The notes beneath the pieces are model-generated. The model saw only the letters and a list, made by a program, of their open reading frames with translations, did not search any database and had not been told where the DNA came from. From Acaryochloris marina S15 (GTDB taxonomy: Bacteria; Cyanobacteriota; Cyanobacteriia; Thermosynechococcales; Thermosynechococcaceae): a DNA stretch of 24,000 bases. This document shows positions 1-9,532 of the stretch, in pieces. A program made the translations under genes and the position numbers. The stretch spans positions 4,656,822 to 4,680,821 of the forward strand of contig NZ_CP064923.1 in assembly GCF_018336915.1 (NCBI RefSeq). The letters are read 5' to 3'. Every line of letters starts with the position of its first letter. The first letter of the stretch is position 1.

Positions 1-465
1 GAGGTACCTGATTGGAAGAATGAAGAGGTACGGACCCTCTTGGGACGTTTCCTCTTCAGTGGCGAAACTGCCTTCAAACGAGTGGAAGCTCTGAGTGGAG
101 GGGAGAAAGCTCGGTTGGCCCTAGCCAAAATGTTGCTCAGCCCCGTCAACTTACTCATTCTAGATGAGCCGACTAACCACCTCGATATTCCAGCAAAAGA
201 GATGCTAGAAGCAGCACTACAGGATTACGACGGCACGGTCGTGATTGTGTCCCATGACCGATATTTCATCTCACAAGTCGCGACTAAAATTGTGGAGATC
301 AATGAGGGAGAATTGACTCTCTATCGGGGCGATTATCAGTACTACCAAGAGAAAATAGCTGCCACAGCCGAGCAAGCAAAACAAGATAAGATTGCCGCCG
401 AGAAAGCAGCCAAAGCTGAGGCGAAGCGGACCAAGAAGCGAAAGAAAGCAAAAGCCAAGGTTTAG
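1..465 (+). CDS. ABC-F family ATP-binding protein, C-terminal fragment (5' end outside the window)
   Basis: The frame is open to base 1 (EVPDWKNEEVRTLLGRF...). It contains the ABC signature LSGGEKARLALAKMLL, Walker B LLILDEPTNHLD, the H-loop VSHDRYFI, and a Lys/Ala-rich C-terminal tail. Confidence 0.93.
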   Translation, partial: EVPDWKNEEVRTLLGRFLFSGETAFKRVEALSGGEKARLALAKMLLSPVNLLILDEPTNHLDIPAKEMLEAALQDYDGTVVIVSHDRYFISQVATKIVEINEGELTLYRGDYQYYQEKIAATAEQAKQDKIAAEKAAKAEAKRTKKRKKAKAKV

Positions 466-591
466 TAGTAGCCTGCAGTAGAATCTCAACCGTTTTAGCC
501 CCCTAAAACACACCATAATGCTGCTGAAATGCATCAGGTGGCCTATTTTTCTCCGTGCTAGAGTATGGTCTGGTGGCGATCTTTCAGCATT

Positions 592-2361
592 ATGGTATTC
601 AAAAATTTTACTTATCCGACTGTGGCACTCATTGGGGTTGCAGCAGTTGCAATTGCACCTCAACCTGCCCAATCCCTCAGTCCTGATCAAATCAGTGGCA
701 TTGCGAAACAAGTCACGGTTCTAATCGATGGTCAAAATCCAGGATCAGGAGTGATTATCAATCGGGATGGCGATACCTATACCGTTCTCACTGCGTTTCA
801 TGTCGTCGGCACCCCCGATGAATATGATGTTGTCACCCCCACCGATCAACGCTACAAATTAGACTATCAAACCGTTAAACGCCTGCCAGGCATTGATCTA
901 GCTGTCCTCAAGTTTAAAAGCGATAAAACCTACAAAGTCGCCGACCTGGGAAACTCTACCCAAATACAAGAAGGGAAGCCCATTTTTGTAGCGGGATTTC
1001 CACAACCGACTCAAGCCATTAACTTATCGATTTACCGATTTACCGAAGGGCGGCTCACCGCCAACTCGTCTAAACCTTTAGCCGATGGCTATGCCCTGGT
1101 TTATAACAATTCCACACGGCCTGGCATGAGCGGCGGCCCCGTCTTAGATGATCAAGGAGCCCTGGTCGGAATTCATGGTCGCTCTGATGCTCAGCAACAG
1201 GGCAATGTCTACTTCAAAAATGATACGAACCTGGGCATTCCCATTGATACCTTCTCAACGATGGTCCCTCAGATAGGGGTTAAGTTAGATTCTAACCTTG
1301 CAACCTCTCCACCTAGCCCATCCAATCCCTCTATTCCTCCACGCCCGCCAGTGCCCCAAGGACCAAGGGCAGGTGACTTTTACCTCCAGGCCACTGATAA
1401 GCTGCAGCGGGGAGATTCCCAAGGGGCGCTGCAGGATCTGAACCAGGCGATTAGTCTAAATCCTAGCTATGCCAGTGCTTATGGCGATCGGGCCACCATC
1501 AAGTTTCAGCAAGGCGATCGCCCAGGAGCGCTCGCAGACTTAGACCAAGCAATCCAGATTGATCCTCAGTTAGCAGATGCCTATGGGATTCGCGGACTAT
1601 ATCGGGTGGTCACTGGCAATATTCGCGGGGCTCAATCCGACGTTGAGAAAGCAGTTCGTCTAAAACCTGAAATCGGCTATGCCTCTCGGGGAGTCGTACG
1701 CTGGTATCGCAGTGATTTATCAGGGGCTCAATCCGATTTCGATCAAGCATTAAACCTCAAAGCCTCTTTCAAGGATGCCTATGCTGTTCACTATTTTCGT
1801 GGGTTTGTCCGGTGGCAGTTGGGCAATTATGATGGCGCTCTGAAAGATCTGAATCGTTCCATTCAGCTCAATCCTAAATATTTAGAAGCTGTAGGCGTTC
1901 GGGGAATTTTGCGTTTCCAAATGGGAGACAATCAAGGGGCCTTACGGGACTTTGATGAAGGCATCCGCATCAATACTGGCAGTAGTGATATCTACACCAT
2001 CCGCGGCATGATTCGCCTCACCCAAGGCGATAACCCAGAGGCCATTTCTGATTTTGATCAAGTTATTCGCATCAAGCCTGGCAATGTTGCTCTTGCGGAT
2101 ATGTATGGTAGCCGAGGAATTGCCTACTTCCAGGCGGGGAATGACGAACAAGCTCTTGCCAGTCTTCAACAGGCGGTTCAACTGGCAAAAGATCCGAGCA
2201 GCCGAGATTCCTATCAGAAGTTAAGTAACGCGATTAACCAAGTGCAATCGCAACCTGCATTACGCCCTAAGATGAAGGCCTTTATCCAAACCTTTATGCA
2301 GAGCTATCTAAAACGATATATCGGCCAGTATGTGCAGTCCTATCGTCCTCTCCAAAGCTAG
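592..2361 (+). CDS. Secreted trypsin-like serine protease with C-terminal TPR repeats
   Basis: ORF 565..2361; an internal ATG at 592 gives a good signal peptide (MVFKNFTYPTVALIGVAAVAIAPQPAQS). Triad-like motifs are TAFHVV (His), GIDLAVLKF (Asp) and RPGMSGGPV (Ser). A Pro-rich linker is followed by multiple TPRs (GALQDLNQAISLNPSYASAYGDRA...). Confidence 0.88.
   Translation: MVFKNFTYPTVALIGVAAVAIAPQPAQSLSPDQISGIAKQVTVLIDGQNPGSGVIINRDGDTYTVLTAFHVVGTPDEYDVVTPTDQRYKLDYQTVKRLPGIDLAVLKFKSDKTYKVADLGNSTQIQEGKPIFVAGFPQPTQAINLSIYRFTEGRLTANSSKPLADGYALVYNNSTRPGMSGGPVLDDQGALVGIHGRSDAQQQGNVYFKNDTNLGIPIDTFSTMVPQIGVKLDSNLATSPPSPSNPSIPPRPPVPQGPRAGDFYLQATDKLQRGDSQGALQDLNQAISLNPSYASAYGDRATIKFQQGDRPGALADLDQAIQIDPQLADAYGIRGLYRVVTGNIRGAQSDVEKAVRLKPEIGYASRGVVRWYRSDLSGAQSDFDQALNLKASFKDAYAVHYFRGFVRWQLGNYDGALKDLNRSIQLNPKYLEAVGVRGILRFQMGDNQGALRDFDEGIRINTGSSDIYTIRGMIRLTQGDNPEAISDFDQVIRIKPGNVALADMYGSRGIAYFQAGNDEQALASLQQAVQLAKDPSSRDSYQKLSNAINQVQSQPALRPKMKAFIQTFMQSYLKRYIGQYVQSYRPLQS
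1514..1521. repeat. HIP1 palindrome GCGATCGC
   Basis: Exact match in GGCGATCGCC. Confidence 0.95.
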
Positions 2362-2406
2362 GGGCTGATCGAGTAATGAGGCGAGATCAGCAGGGGCTAG
2401 CCCAGC

Positions 2407-3012
2407 ATGTTGGCTGAGGTTAGCCCTCTCAAGGCCCAAGACTTAGCAGAGGCAGTAGCTTTAGATCTGCAGATTTTTGGTGGCTGGTGGAGTTTGCAAG
2501 GGTACCAGCAAGAATTGGACCGGCTGAGCAGTACTTTATTGGGACTACGATTGCGAATGGAGGCTTCGAATCCTGCAATCCGTGATGATCAGACAGCGTC
2601 ATCTCATCCCTTGATTGGCATCAGTTGTCTATGGAGAGTCGAAGACGAAGCCCATATTACGATGCTGGGTATTCATCCTCAACATCAAGGGCAAGGGCTG
2701 GGCCAAGCCCTATTAACATCACTCTTAACATTAGCCAGACTTGAGCAAGCCAATCGAGCCACGTTAGAAGTCAATGTTGCCAACTCGGCAGCCGTGAAAC
2801 TATACAAAAAATTGGGGTTCAAAACCGCTGGGCAACGGCCCCACTATTACGACAACGGTGAGGATGCCCTCATCCTCTGGCAAGGAGATTTACAGACCTC
2901 TCAATTTCAGCAATCTCTTGAGGTATGGCAACGCGACACTGAGCATCAACTCGCCCTGTGGGGATGCAGTGGTCTAAAGATGATCTGGGGTGATGCTAAG
3001 GCAGACTCTTAA
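2407..3012 (+). CDS. rimI: GNAT family N-acetyltransferase, RimI-like (ribosomal protein alanine N-acetyltransferase-like)
   Basis: Acetyl-CoA binding motif HPQHQGQGLGQALL, then RATLEVNVANSAAVKLYKKLGFKTAGQRPHYY, the typical RimI C-terminus. Confidence 0.85.
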   Translation: MLAEVSPLKAQDLAEAVALDLQIFGGWWSLQGYQQELDRLSSTLLGLRLRMEASNPAIRDDQTASSHPLIGISCLWRVEDEAHITMLGIHPQHQGQGLGQALLTSLLTLARLEQANRATLEVNVANSAAVKLYKKLGFKTAGQRPHYYDNGEDALILWQGDLQTSQFQQSLEVWQRDTEHQLALWGCSGLKMIWGDAKADS

Positions 3013-3240
3013 AGTAATTTCGTAATATCCACACCCTAGTTTGATCATTTATGACCCAATTGTTGGAAAGATAAATCTACAATGGATCAAAGGAAAAAGC
3101 TGTTTTGGTCAAAAATAGGATTTTTCGTTTACGAAAGTTCCTCATCGATTCAGTGAGAATCCTTATGTAATCACCAATTCAGCCGATCTATCGTGCTAAA
3201 ATTGGGTTTACCAGCAAGCAGCAGGTTGTGGGAAAACGCC

Positions 3241-5712
3241 ATGTTTGAACGCTTTACAGAAAAAGCCATTAAAGTCATCATGCTGGCTCAAGAGGAAGCC
3301 CGCCGCTTGGGGCACAATTTTGTCGGCACAGAGCAAATTCTTTTGGGCCTCATTGGAGAAGGAACAGGCGTGGCTGCCAAAGTTTTGAAATCCATGGGTG
3401 TCAATCTTAAAGATGCTCGCGTTGAAGTAGAAAAAATTATCGGTCGCGGTTCTGGGTTTGTTGCGGTAGAGATTCCCTTTACCCCCAGAGCAAAGCGCGT
3501 TCTCGAGTTGTCCTTGGAAGAGGCCCGTCAATTGGGTCATAACTACATTGGCACTGAGCACCTGCTTTTAGGACTCATCCGTGAGGGTGAAGGGGTCGCC
3601 GCCCGTGTCCTGGAAAATCTTGGAGTTGACCTGGCTAAGGTTCGCACCCAAGTCATCCGCATGTTGGGTGAAACAGCAGAAGTCTCTGCTGGCGGTGGAC
3701 AAGGACGAACCAAAACGCCAACCCTAGACGAATTTGGGGCCAATCTAACTAACCTAGCGACTGAAGGCAAGCTCGATCCGGTCGTCGGTCGTCAAAAAGA
3801 AATTGAGCGCGTCATTCAGATTCTCGGCCGTCGGACCAAAAACAACCCGGTCCTGATTGGTGAACCAGGTGTGGGTAAAACTGCGATCGCAGAAGGTCTC
3901 GCCCAGCGCATCGCCAATGGAGATATTCCCGACATCCTGGAAGAGAAGCGCGTGGTTACCTTGGATATTGGTCTGCTGGTTGCCGGCACCAAATATCGAG
4001 GTGAGTTTGAAGAGCGCCTCAAGAAAATCATGGATGAGATTCGCCAAGCCTCCAACGTTATTTTGGTGATTGACGAAGTTCATACCCTCATCGGTGCGGG
4101 AGCTGCTGAAGGGGCCATTGATGCCGCTAACATCCTCAAGCCTGCGTTGGCTCGGGGTGAACTACAGTGCATTGGTGCCACCACCTTAGATGAATATCGT
4201 AAGCATATTGAGCGGGATGCAGCCCTGGAACGTCGTTTCCAGCCTGTCATGGTGGGTGAGCCTTCTGTTGAAGAAACCATCGAAATTCTGTATGGCCTGC
4301 GCGAACGCTATGAGCAGCACCATAAGCTCAGCATTTTAGATGAGTCTTTGGAAGCAGCTGCTAAGCTCTCTGATCGCTATATCTCTGATCGCTATCTCCC
4401 GGACAAGGCCATCGACTTGATTGATGAAGCTGGATCCAGAGTGCGGTTGATTAACTCGCAACTGCCGCCTGCCGCCAAGGAATTAGACAAGGAACTTCGC
4501 AAGGTCCTCAAAGATAAGGACGATGCAGTTCGGTCTCAAGACTTCGATAAAGCGGGTGAACTGCGGGATCGCGAGATGGAGATTAAGTCCGAAATCAAAG
4601 CCATTGCTCAGAACAAAAAAAATTCTAGTGATGAAAAGACAGACGATTCTCCCAAAGTAACGGAAGAAGATATCGCCCATATCGTGGCCTCCTGGACTGG
4701 GGTTCCCGTCAGTAAGCTGACGGAATCTGAGTCTGAGAAGCTGATGCATATGGAAGATACCTTGCACCAGCGCTTGATTGGTCAGGATGAAGCCGTACGC
4801 GCTATCTCTCGGGCGATTCGGCGGGCTCGTGTGGGTTTGAAGAATCCCAATCGTCCCATTGCTAGCTTCATTTTCTCTGGTCCGACCGGGGTGGGCAAGA
4901 CAGAGCTAACTAAGGCTCTAGCAACCTACTTCTTTGGGGCGGAAGAAGCCATGATTCGCTTGGATATGTCTGAGTACATGGAGCGTCATACGGTTTCCAA
5001 GTTGATTGGTTCACCTCCTGGCTATGTTGGCTATAACGAAGGTGGACAGCTCACTGAGGCTGTTCGACGACGTCCTTACACCGTGGTCCTCTTCGACGAA
5101 ATTGAAAAGGCCCACCCTGATGTCTTCAATATGCTGCTGCAGATTTTGGAAGATGGTCGCTTGACCGATGCCAAAGGACGGACGGTGGACTTCAAGAACA
5201 CCTTGCTGATCATGACTTCGAACATCGGGTCGAAGGTGATTGAGAAGGGTGGCGGTGGACTTGGCTTTGAATTCGCCGAGGATGAAGCGGATTCCCAATA
5301 CAATCGGATTCGCTCCTTGGTTAACGAAGAGCTGAAGGGCTACTTCCGACCTGAGTTCTTGAACCGACTAGACGAAATCATTGTCTTCCGTCAGCTCAAC
5401 AAGGCTGAAGTTAAAGAAATTTCTGAGCTCTTACTGAAGGAAGTCTTCGTCCGCTTAGAAGAAAAGAACATCACCTTGGAAATCACGGAGCGCTTTAAGG
5501 AGCGTTTGGTGGAAGAGGGCTACAACCCCAGTTATGGGGCACGTCCTTTACGTCGGGCCATTATGCGCTTGCTGGAAGACACCTTGGCCGAAGAGATTCT
5601 CTCGGGTCGGGTGAAGGAAGGCGATACTGCCATCGTTGATGTCGACGAAAATCAGCAAGTCAAGATTGCCCCGGCTGAAAAACGGGAACTGCTGCCTCAA
5701 GCCGCAGAATAA
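3241..5712 (+). CDS. clpC: ATP-dependent Clp protease ATP-binding subunit ClpC
   Basis: ORF 3193..5712. The canonical start is [32 protein letters not shown] at 3241. It has two AAA+ modules ([15 protein letters not shown] and [14 protein letters not shown]), a central UVR-like region, and [30 protein letters not shown]. Confidence 0.97.
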   Translation: MFERFTEKAIKVIMLAQEEARRLGHNFVGTEQILLGLIGEGTGVAAKVLKSMGVNLKDARVEVEKIIGRGSGFVAVEIPFTPRAKRVLELSLEEARQLGHNYIGTEHLLLGLIREGEGVAARVLENLGVDLAKVRTQVIRMLGETAEVSAGGGQGRTKTPTLDEFGANLTNLATEGKLDPVVGRQKEIERVIQILGRRTKNNPVLIGEPGVGKTAIAEGLAQRIANGDIPDILEEKRVVTLDIGLLVAGTKYRGEFEERLKKIMDEIRQASNVILVIDEVHTLIGAGAAEGAIDAANILKPALARGELQCIGATTLDEYRKHIERDAALERRFQPVMVGEPSVEETIEILYGLRERYEQHHKLSILDESLEAAAKLSDRYISDRYLPDKAIDLIDEAGSRVRLINSQLPPAAKELDKELRKVLKDKDDAVRSQDFDKAGELRDREMEIKSEIKAIAQNKKNSSDEKTDDSPKVTEEDIAHIVASWTGVPVSKLTESESEKLMHMEDTLHQRLIGQDEAVRAISRAIRRARVGLKNPNRPIASFIFSGPTGVGKTELTKALATYFFGAEEAMIRLDMSEYMERHTVSKLIGSPPGYVGYNEGGQLTEAVRRRPYTVVLFDEIEKAHPDVFNMLLQILEDGRLTDAKGRTVDFKNTLLIMTSNIGSKVIEKGGGGLGFEFAEDEADSQYNRIRSLVNEELKGYFRPEFLNRLDEIIVFRQLNKAEVKEISELLLKEVFVRLEEKNITLEITERFKERLVEEGYNPSYGARPLRRAIMRLLEDTLAEEILSGRVKEGDTAIVDVDENQQVKIAPAEKRELLPQAAE
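3883..3890. repeat. HIP1 palindrome GCGATCGC
   Basis: Exact match inside clpC. Confidence 0.95.
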
Positions 5713-5735
5713 TCAACGACCTGCTCATTGCTGAA

Positions 5736-5763
5736 AAAGGGAAATCCGAAAGGGTTTCCCTTT
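5736..5763 (+). terminator. Rho-independent-like terminator downstream of clpC
   Basis: Perfect 9-bp inverted repeat AAAGGGAAA (5736-5744) / TTTCCCTTT (5755-5763) with a 10-nt loop, followed by cttgtta, about 25 bp after the clpC stop. Confidence 0.75.
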
Positions 5764-5797
5764 CTTGTTACTACCTCTATAACGCCCAGGACGATCT

Positions 5798-6730
5798 ATG
5801 ACTGCAGAGACCCCTGTCCACAACCACGATCACCACGACCATGATTCCTGTACTCACAGTCACGGCGTTATCGATCCCAGTTTGGCGAGTTCTGAACGGG
5901 GCTTGTGGGCCGTCAAATGGTCTACGGCGGGACTGCTCATCACGGTTTTACTCCAAGTGGGTGCGGTTTATCTTTCTGGCAGTGTGGCCCTCTTGGCTGA
6001 CTTACTCCACAACGTCGGCGATATTATTAGTGCTTTACCCTTGGGCATTGCCTTTTGGATGGGACGATTGGCCCCTAGCCGTCGATTCCAGTATGGCTAT
6101 GGTCGAGTTGAAGATTTAGCTGGCGTCATGATCATTCTGATTATTGCGGCTAGCGCCGTAGCTACGGGATATGAATCGATTCAGCGATTTATCCATCCTC
6201 AACCTTTGGAGCACTTGGGAGCCGTTGCGATCGCAGCCGGTATCGGTTTCATCGGCAATGAATCCATTGCTCTATTTCGCATCCGAGTCGGCAAGGAAAT
6301 TGGTAGTGCAGCATTAGTCGCAGATGGATATCATGCCCGCACTGATGGGCTTGTCAGCTTAGCAGTGGTCATCAGTGCCATAGGGTTATGGCTGGGCTAC
6401 CCTTGGGCTGATCCAGTGGTGGGGTTAGGGATTACTTTCGCTTTACTGCATATTGTTTGGGATTCTGGCCAGACCGTTTTGACGCGGTTACTAGATGGCA
6501 TTGAGCCTGGAACGACAGAGCAATTACAGCTGGCCCTTGCCGAATATGACTATACAAATTTAAAGGCCCGATGGATGGGACATCAGCTTTATGCTCAGGT
6601 TTGTCTGGCAGTAGAGCCTGAGATGAGTGTTGGAGACGGGGATGCGATCGCAAACCAGCTTCGTACTCACCTCCAACAAGAAATTCCTTATCTATCAGAC
6701 ATTTGTATAGAGATGCAGAAAAAATCCTAA
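5798..6730 (+). CDS. Cation diffusion facilitator family transporter (CzcD/ZitB-like)
   Basis: His-rich N-terminus HNHDHHDHDSCTHSHG, multiple TM helices, ALLADLLHNVGDIISALPLGIAF and ALVADGYHARTDGLVSLAVVI metal-site motifs, and a C-terminal cytoplasmic domain. Confidence 0.92.
   Translation: MTAETPVHNHDHHDHDSCTHSHGVIDPSLASSERGLWAVKWSTAGLLITVLLQVGAVYLSGSVALLADLLHNVGDIISALPLGIAFWMGRLAPSRRFQYGYGRVEDLAGVMIILIIAASAVATGYESIQRFIHPQPLEHLGAVAIAAGIGFIGNESIALFRIRVGKEIGSAALVADGYHARTDGLVSLAVVISAIGLWLGYPWADPVVGLGITFALLHIVWDSGQTVLTRLLDGIEPGTTEQLQLALAEYDYTNLKARWMGHQLYAQVCLAVEPEMSVGDGDAIANQLRTHLQQEIPYLSDICIEMQKKS
6644..6651. repeat. HIP1 palindrome GCGATCGC
   Basis: Exact match inside the CDF transporter gene. 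Confidence 0.95.
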
Positions 6731-6854
6731 CTCTTGAGATGCAGACTCTACTACAACACAAAATCTAACCAAACTATCTTGAATTGCCACATCCATTGAC
6801 TCTAGAAGCCATCAACCGTCTGATACTTCATTTTCCGTAACCTTCAGGCACAAG

Positions 6855-6907
6855 AATTCAGTCTATCTAGTCAGATGTTGTACAGTGATCTGCAAAATCT
6901 GAATTCC
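6855..6907 (+). promoter_or_regulatory. Nested inverted repeat in the leader of the hypothetical gene at 6922
   Basis: Outer arms GAATTCAG (6855-6862) / CTGAATTC (6900-6907) enclose inner arms CAGAT (6873-6877) / ATCTG (6889-6893), ending 14 bp before the ATG. Confidence 0.4.
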
Positions 6908-6921
6908 TAGGAGTTGAGCAT

Positions 6922-7356
6922 ATGAATCTTGACCTGGCAATGACGATGGTATGGCTGTGTTTAGGGTTGAGTTTGGGGTGGTTAGGGTTACTTCTAGCCC
7001 TCAGCACAGCCAATACTCTGCAAAAGATTCAGCCCAAACAATCCAAAAAGAAACAGTCCTCGCCCTTTAAGTTAAAACCTTTCTGGCAAGGGTGGTCAGA
7101 TCAGATTCAGCTTCCAGTCTCGGACCCAACAGCCAGCAAATTGTTGGGGAAGCTCATTCCAGGCGAACAGACTATCCCTGCAGCATCCAGCCCTCTTTCA
7201 CTTAATCATCCCCCTTTGGCCTGTGAGTTGGAAATCAGATCCCTCTCAGTCAGTCCTAGCTGTTGTTTACTCCATACCAAGCAAGGCTCTCCACTGCATG
7301 GCGGGGCGATTTCGACTCGGTTAACTCGGTTACGACGGATGGGAGTCTTGTTATAA
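6922..7356 (+). CDS. Hypothetical membrane-anchored protein
   Basis: ORF with an N-terminal hydrophobic segment (MVWLCLGLSLGWLGLLLALSTANTL) preceded by an AGGAG-like SD (ctaggagttgagcatATG). No recognised family. Confidence 0.55.
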   Translation: MNLDLAMTMVWLCLGLSLGWLGLLLALSTANTLQKIQPKQSKKKQSSPFKLKPFWQGWSDQIQLPVSDPTASKLLGKLIPGEQTIPAASSPLSLNHPPLACELEIRSLSVSPSCCLLHTKQGSPLHGGAISTRLTRLRRMGVLL

Positions 7357-7440
7357 AAGTCATCAATTGGGAGGATTTGACATAATTTGTAATAATTTGT
7401 TAGGGTGATGAACGGTAAGCCCCATAAAGAGTAAGTAATT

Positions 7441-7776
7441 ATGCTCAAGAAATTAATTGTTCCCTTGACCTTTGCAGCATCAGTGTTTTTTCAGTCTGCT
7501 GCCTTGGCTCAAACGGCAACTTACTACAGTGATTACTACCAGGGCCGCCAAACTGCATCTGGCGAAATCTTCGATACATGGGGCAATACTGCAGCTCACC
7601 CTAGCCTACCCTTCGGCACTTGGGTCCAGGTGACTAATCTCAATAATGGGGCTTCAGTCAGTGTTCGCATCAACGATCGATGCAACTGCGGGATTGACCT
7701 CAGCAAAGCTGCTGCTGGACAGATTGGTCTTCTGCAATCAGGTGTTGCACCCGTATCCATCCAAATTCTCCGGTAA
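7441..7776 (+). CDS. RlpA-like double-psi beta-barrel domain secreted protein
   Basis: Signal peptide (MLKKLIVPLTFAASVFFQSAALAQ), then TATYYSDYYQGRQTASGE..., LPFGTWVQVTNLNNGASVSVRINDRC, ...IDLSKAAAGQIGL, typical of RlpA/DPBB proteins. Confidence 0.88.
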   Translation: MLKKLIVPLTFAASVFFQSAALAQTATYYSDYYQGRQTASGEIFDTWGNTAAHPSLPFGTWVQVTNLNNGASVSVRINDRCNCGIDLSKAAAGQIGLLQSGVAPVSIQILR

Positions 7777-7849
7777 GTGACTGTCTCCAACTGTTGGATT
7801 GCAATAGATTGATCAGAATTTGCTCTGAGTTGAAATCTTGATATTTCCA

Positions 7850-7881
7850 GAAGCCTCCTAATTGAGTTAGGGGGCTTCTTT
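7850..7881 (+). terminator. Rho-independent terminator downstream of the RlpA-like gene
   Basis: GAAGCCTCCTAA (7850-7861) / TTAGGGGGCTTC (7867-7878), 12-bp stem with one G-T pair, 5-nt loop, followed by TTT. It could also serve the convergent gene ending at 7944. Confidence 0.8.
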
Positions 7882-7943
7882 GATCTCTGCCCTCAAGTAC
7901 TCAGTGCGGGTTCAGGGAAACTTAAAACATAAGAATATCTCGA

Positions 7944-8549
7944 TCAACTATTCTGCTGAAGCTTTTGAAAAATGCGCAGAAGTAGGGGAACCCCGATCAG
8001 CGCAGACGCGATCAACGCCAATAAAATTTTTGCCAGACTCGCCGTTAAAATCCCTTGATAGAGATACCAGAGGATGCCCATCAACACGATGGCTCTGAGG
8101 ATCAGACTTTGGGTTGAATAAGCGATACTGCCTTGTTGTGTAGTCAGCGGCAGGACAGATTGAGTTTCCCAAGCCAGATTTTTATTCAAACCGAATTGGT
8201 AAGAGTCTCCTGCCAACGTAGAAATCTTGAGTACATATCCCCCTGTTAGGCTCAGCAATACTGCTTCACTCACTGTGTCGAGGAGAATCTCCCAATCTCC
8301 ACAAAATAGATAGGATTCTGTCAGAATCAGCATTCCGCGCCGGGACGTTACCCATTCAAGTTCATACTGCACCGGAGAATCGGCCTTCATCTTTCTGGCT
8401 TTCGTCACACCAGAAGCGAGTATCTGAACATTAGGGTACTGCTTTCGAAACTTCTGCAAGCGAAATGGAACGAGGTAAAACACATAACACGTCGCACGGC
8501 TAAATCCAATCAATACTTGTTCCAGCCAGTCAGTAATATGGGAAAGCAT
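7944..8549 (-). CDS. Hypothetical protein with C-terminal transmembrane helices
   Basis: 201-aa ORF with a soluble N-terminal region and hydrophobic C-terminal segments (LILRAIVLMGILWYLYQG; ILLALIASALIGVPLLLRI). No recognised family. Confidence 0.7.
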   Translation of the reverse strand: MLSHITDWLEQVLIGFSRATCYVFYLVPFRLQKFRKQYPNVQILASGVTKARKMKADSPVQYELEWVTSRRGMLILTESYLFCGDWEILLDTVSEAVLLSLTGGYVLKISTLAGDSYQFGLNKNLAWETQSVLPLTTQQGSIAYSTQSLILRAIVLMGILWYLYQGILTASLAKILLALIASALIGVPLLLRIFQKLQQNS

Positions 8550-8695
8550 GGGAAAGTTGATTGCTGAAGTTTTATCAATCTAGATTTAGGAATAATACTG
8601 CCATCTTGATACAATTCCCTATCCTTAAGTATTTCACCACCTCTGAGTGAACTAGATATCGCCCAGTATTGATTGCTCTATTGTCCGATCTATTT

Positions 8696-9532
8696 ATGAC
8701 CGCCACTCAACTCCATCCCTCCAAACAACTGAAGAAACTACAAGCTCGCCTCAGAGGGCTAGTGGGCAAGGCCGTTCGTGACTACAACATGATCGAAGCG
8801 GGCGATCGGATTATGGTGTGTTTGTCTGGTGGCAAGGACTCCTACACCCTGCTGGATATCTTGCTGCACCTACAGCGGGCTGCCCCCATTGATTTTGAGA
8901 TCCTGGCCGTCAACCTCGATCAAAAGCAACCCAATTTTCCAGAACAGATTTTACCGACTTATCTAGACCAACTCCAAGTCCCCTACCGCATCGTCGAAGA
9001 AGATACCTACAGTACGGTCAAACGAGTCATCCCAGAGGGCAAGACCATGTGTGGTCTTTGTTCTCGATTACGGAGAGGGATTCTATATCGAGTCGCTCAA
9101 GAAGAACAAGCCACCAAAATTGCCCTCGGCCACCATCGAGAAGACATTATCGAAACCCTTTTTCTCAATCTGTTCCATGCCGGCAAGCTAGAAGCCATGC
9201 CCCCCAAACTGTTGAGCGACAATCGCCAACATATGGTGATTCGTCCCCTCGCTTACTGCCCAGAAGCGGATATCCAGCGGTATGCCGATTTGCGTCAATT
9301 CCCGATTATTCCCTGCACCCTCTGTGGATCGCAGGAAACGCTACAGCGGGTCCAAGTCAAGCAAATGCTGCAAACTTGGGAACAAGAAACACCGGGGCGA
9401 TTAGAAACGATCTTTCGCAGTCTACAAAATGTCGAATTATCGCAACTGGCCGATCCACAGCTTTTTGATTTTGCTCACTTGGCTATTGCCGCAACTCCTG
9501 CTGTAGATTCACCGGATAAGTCATGCCCCTAG
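8696..9532 (+). CDS. ttcA: TtcA-like tRNA 2-thiocytidine(32) synthetase, PP-loop ATPase
   Basis: ORF 8669..9532 (TTG); ATG at 8696. PP-loop motif [12 protein letters not shown], two CxxC motifs ([11 protein letters not shown] and CTLCGSQE), and the [28 protein letters not shown] signature. Confidence 0.88.
   Translation: MTATQLHPSKQLKKLQARLRGLVGKAVRDYNMIEAGDRIMVCLSGGKDSYTLLDILLHLQRAAPIDFEILAVNLDQKQPNFPEQILPTYLDQLQVPYRIVEEDTYSTVKRVIPEGKTMCGLCSRLRRGILYRVAQEEQATKIALGHHREDIIETLFLNLFHAGKLEAMPPKLLSDNRQHMVIRPLAYCPEADIQRYADLRQFPIIPCTLCGSQETLQRVQVKQMLQTWEQETPGRLETIFRSLQNVELSQLADPQLFDFAHLAIAATPAVDSPDKSCP

Noticed and set aside
271-711. 146-aa minus-strand ORF opposite the ABC-F tail and protease start
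   Set aside because: Antisense shadow overlapping two well-supported plus-strand genes; the low-complexity Leu/Cys-rich translation has no family pattern.
2393-2426. GGGCTA/TAGCCC pairing around the rimI start codon
   Set aside because: Only a 6-bp stem with a 21-nt loop; this can arise by chance and gives no independent support for regulation.
7377-7406. Promoter-like TTGACA (7377-7382) with TAGGGT 18 bp downstream, ahead of the RlpA-like gene
   Set aside because: The -10 match is weak; cyanobacterial promoters cannot be called reliably from this alone.
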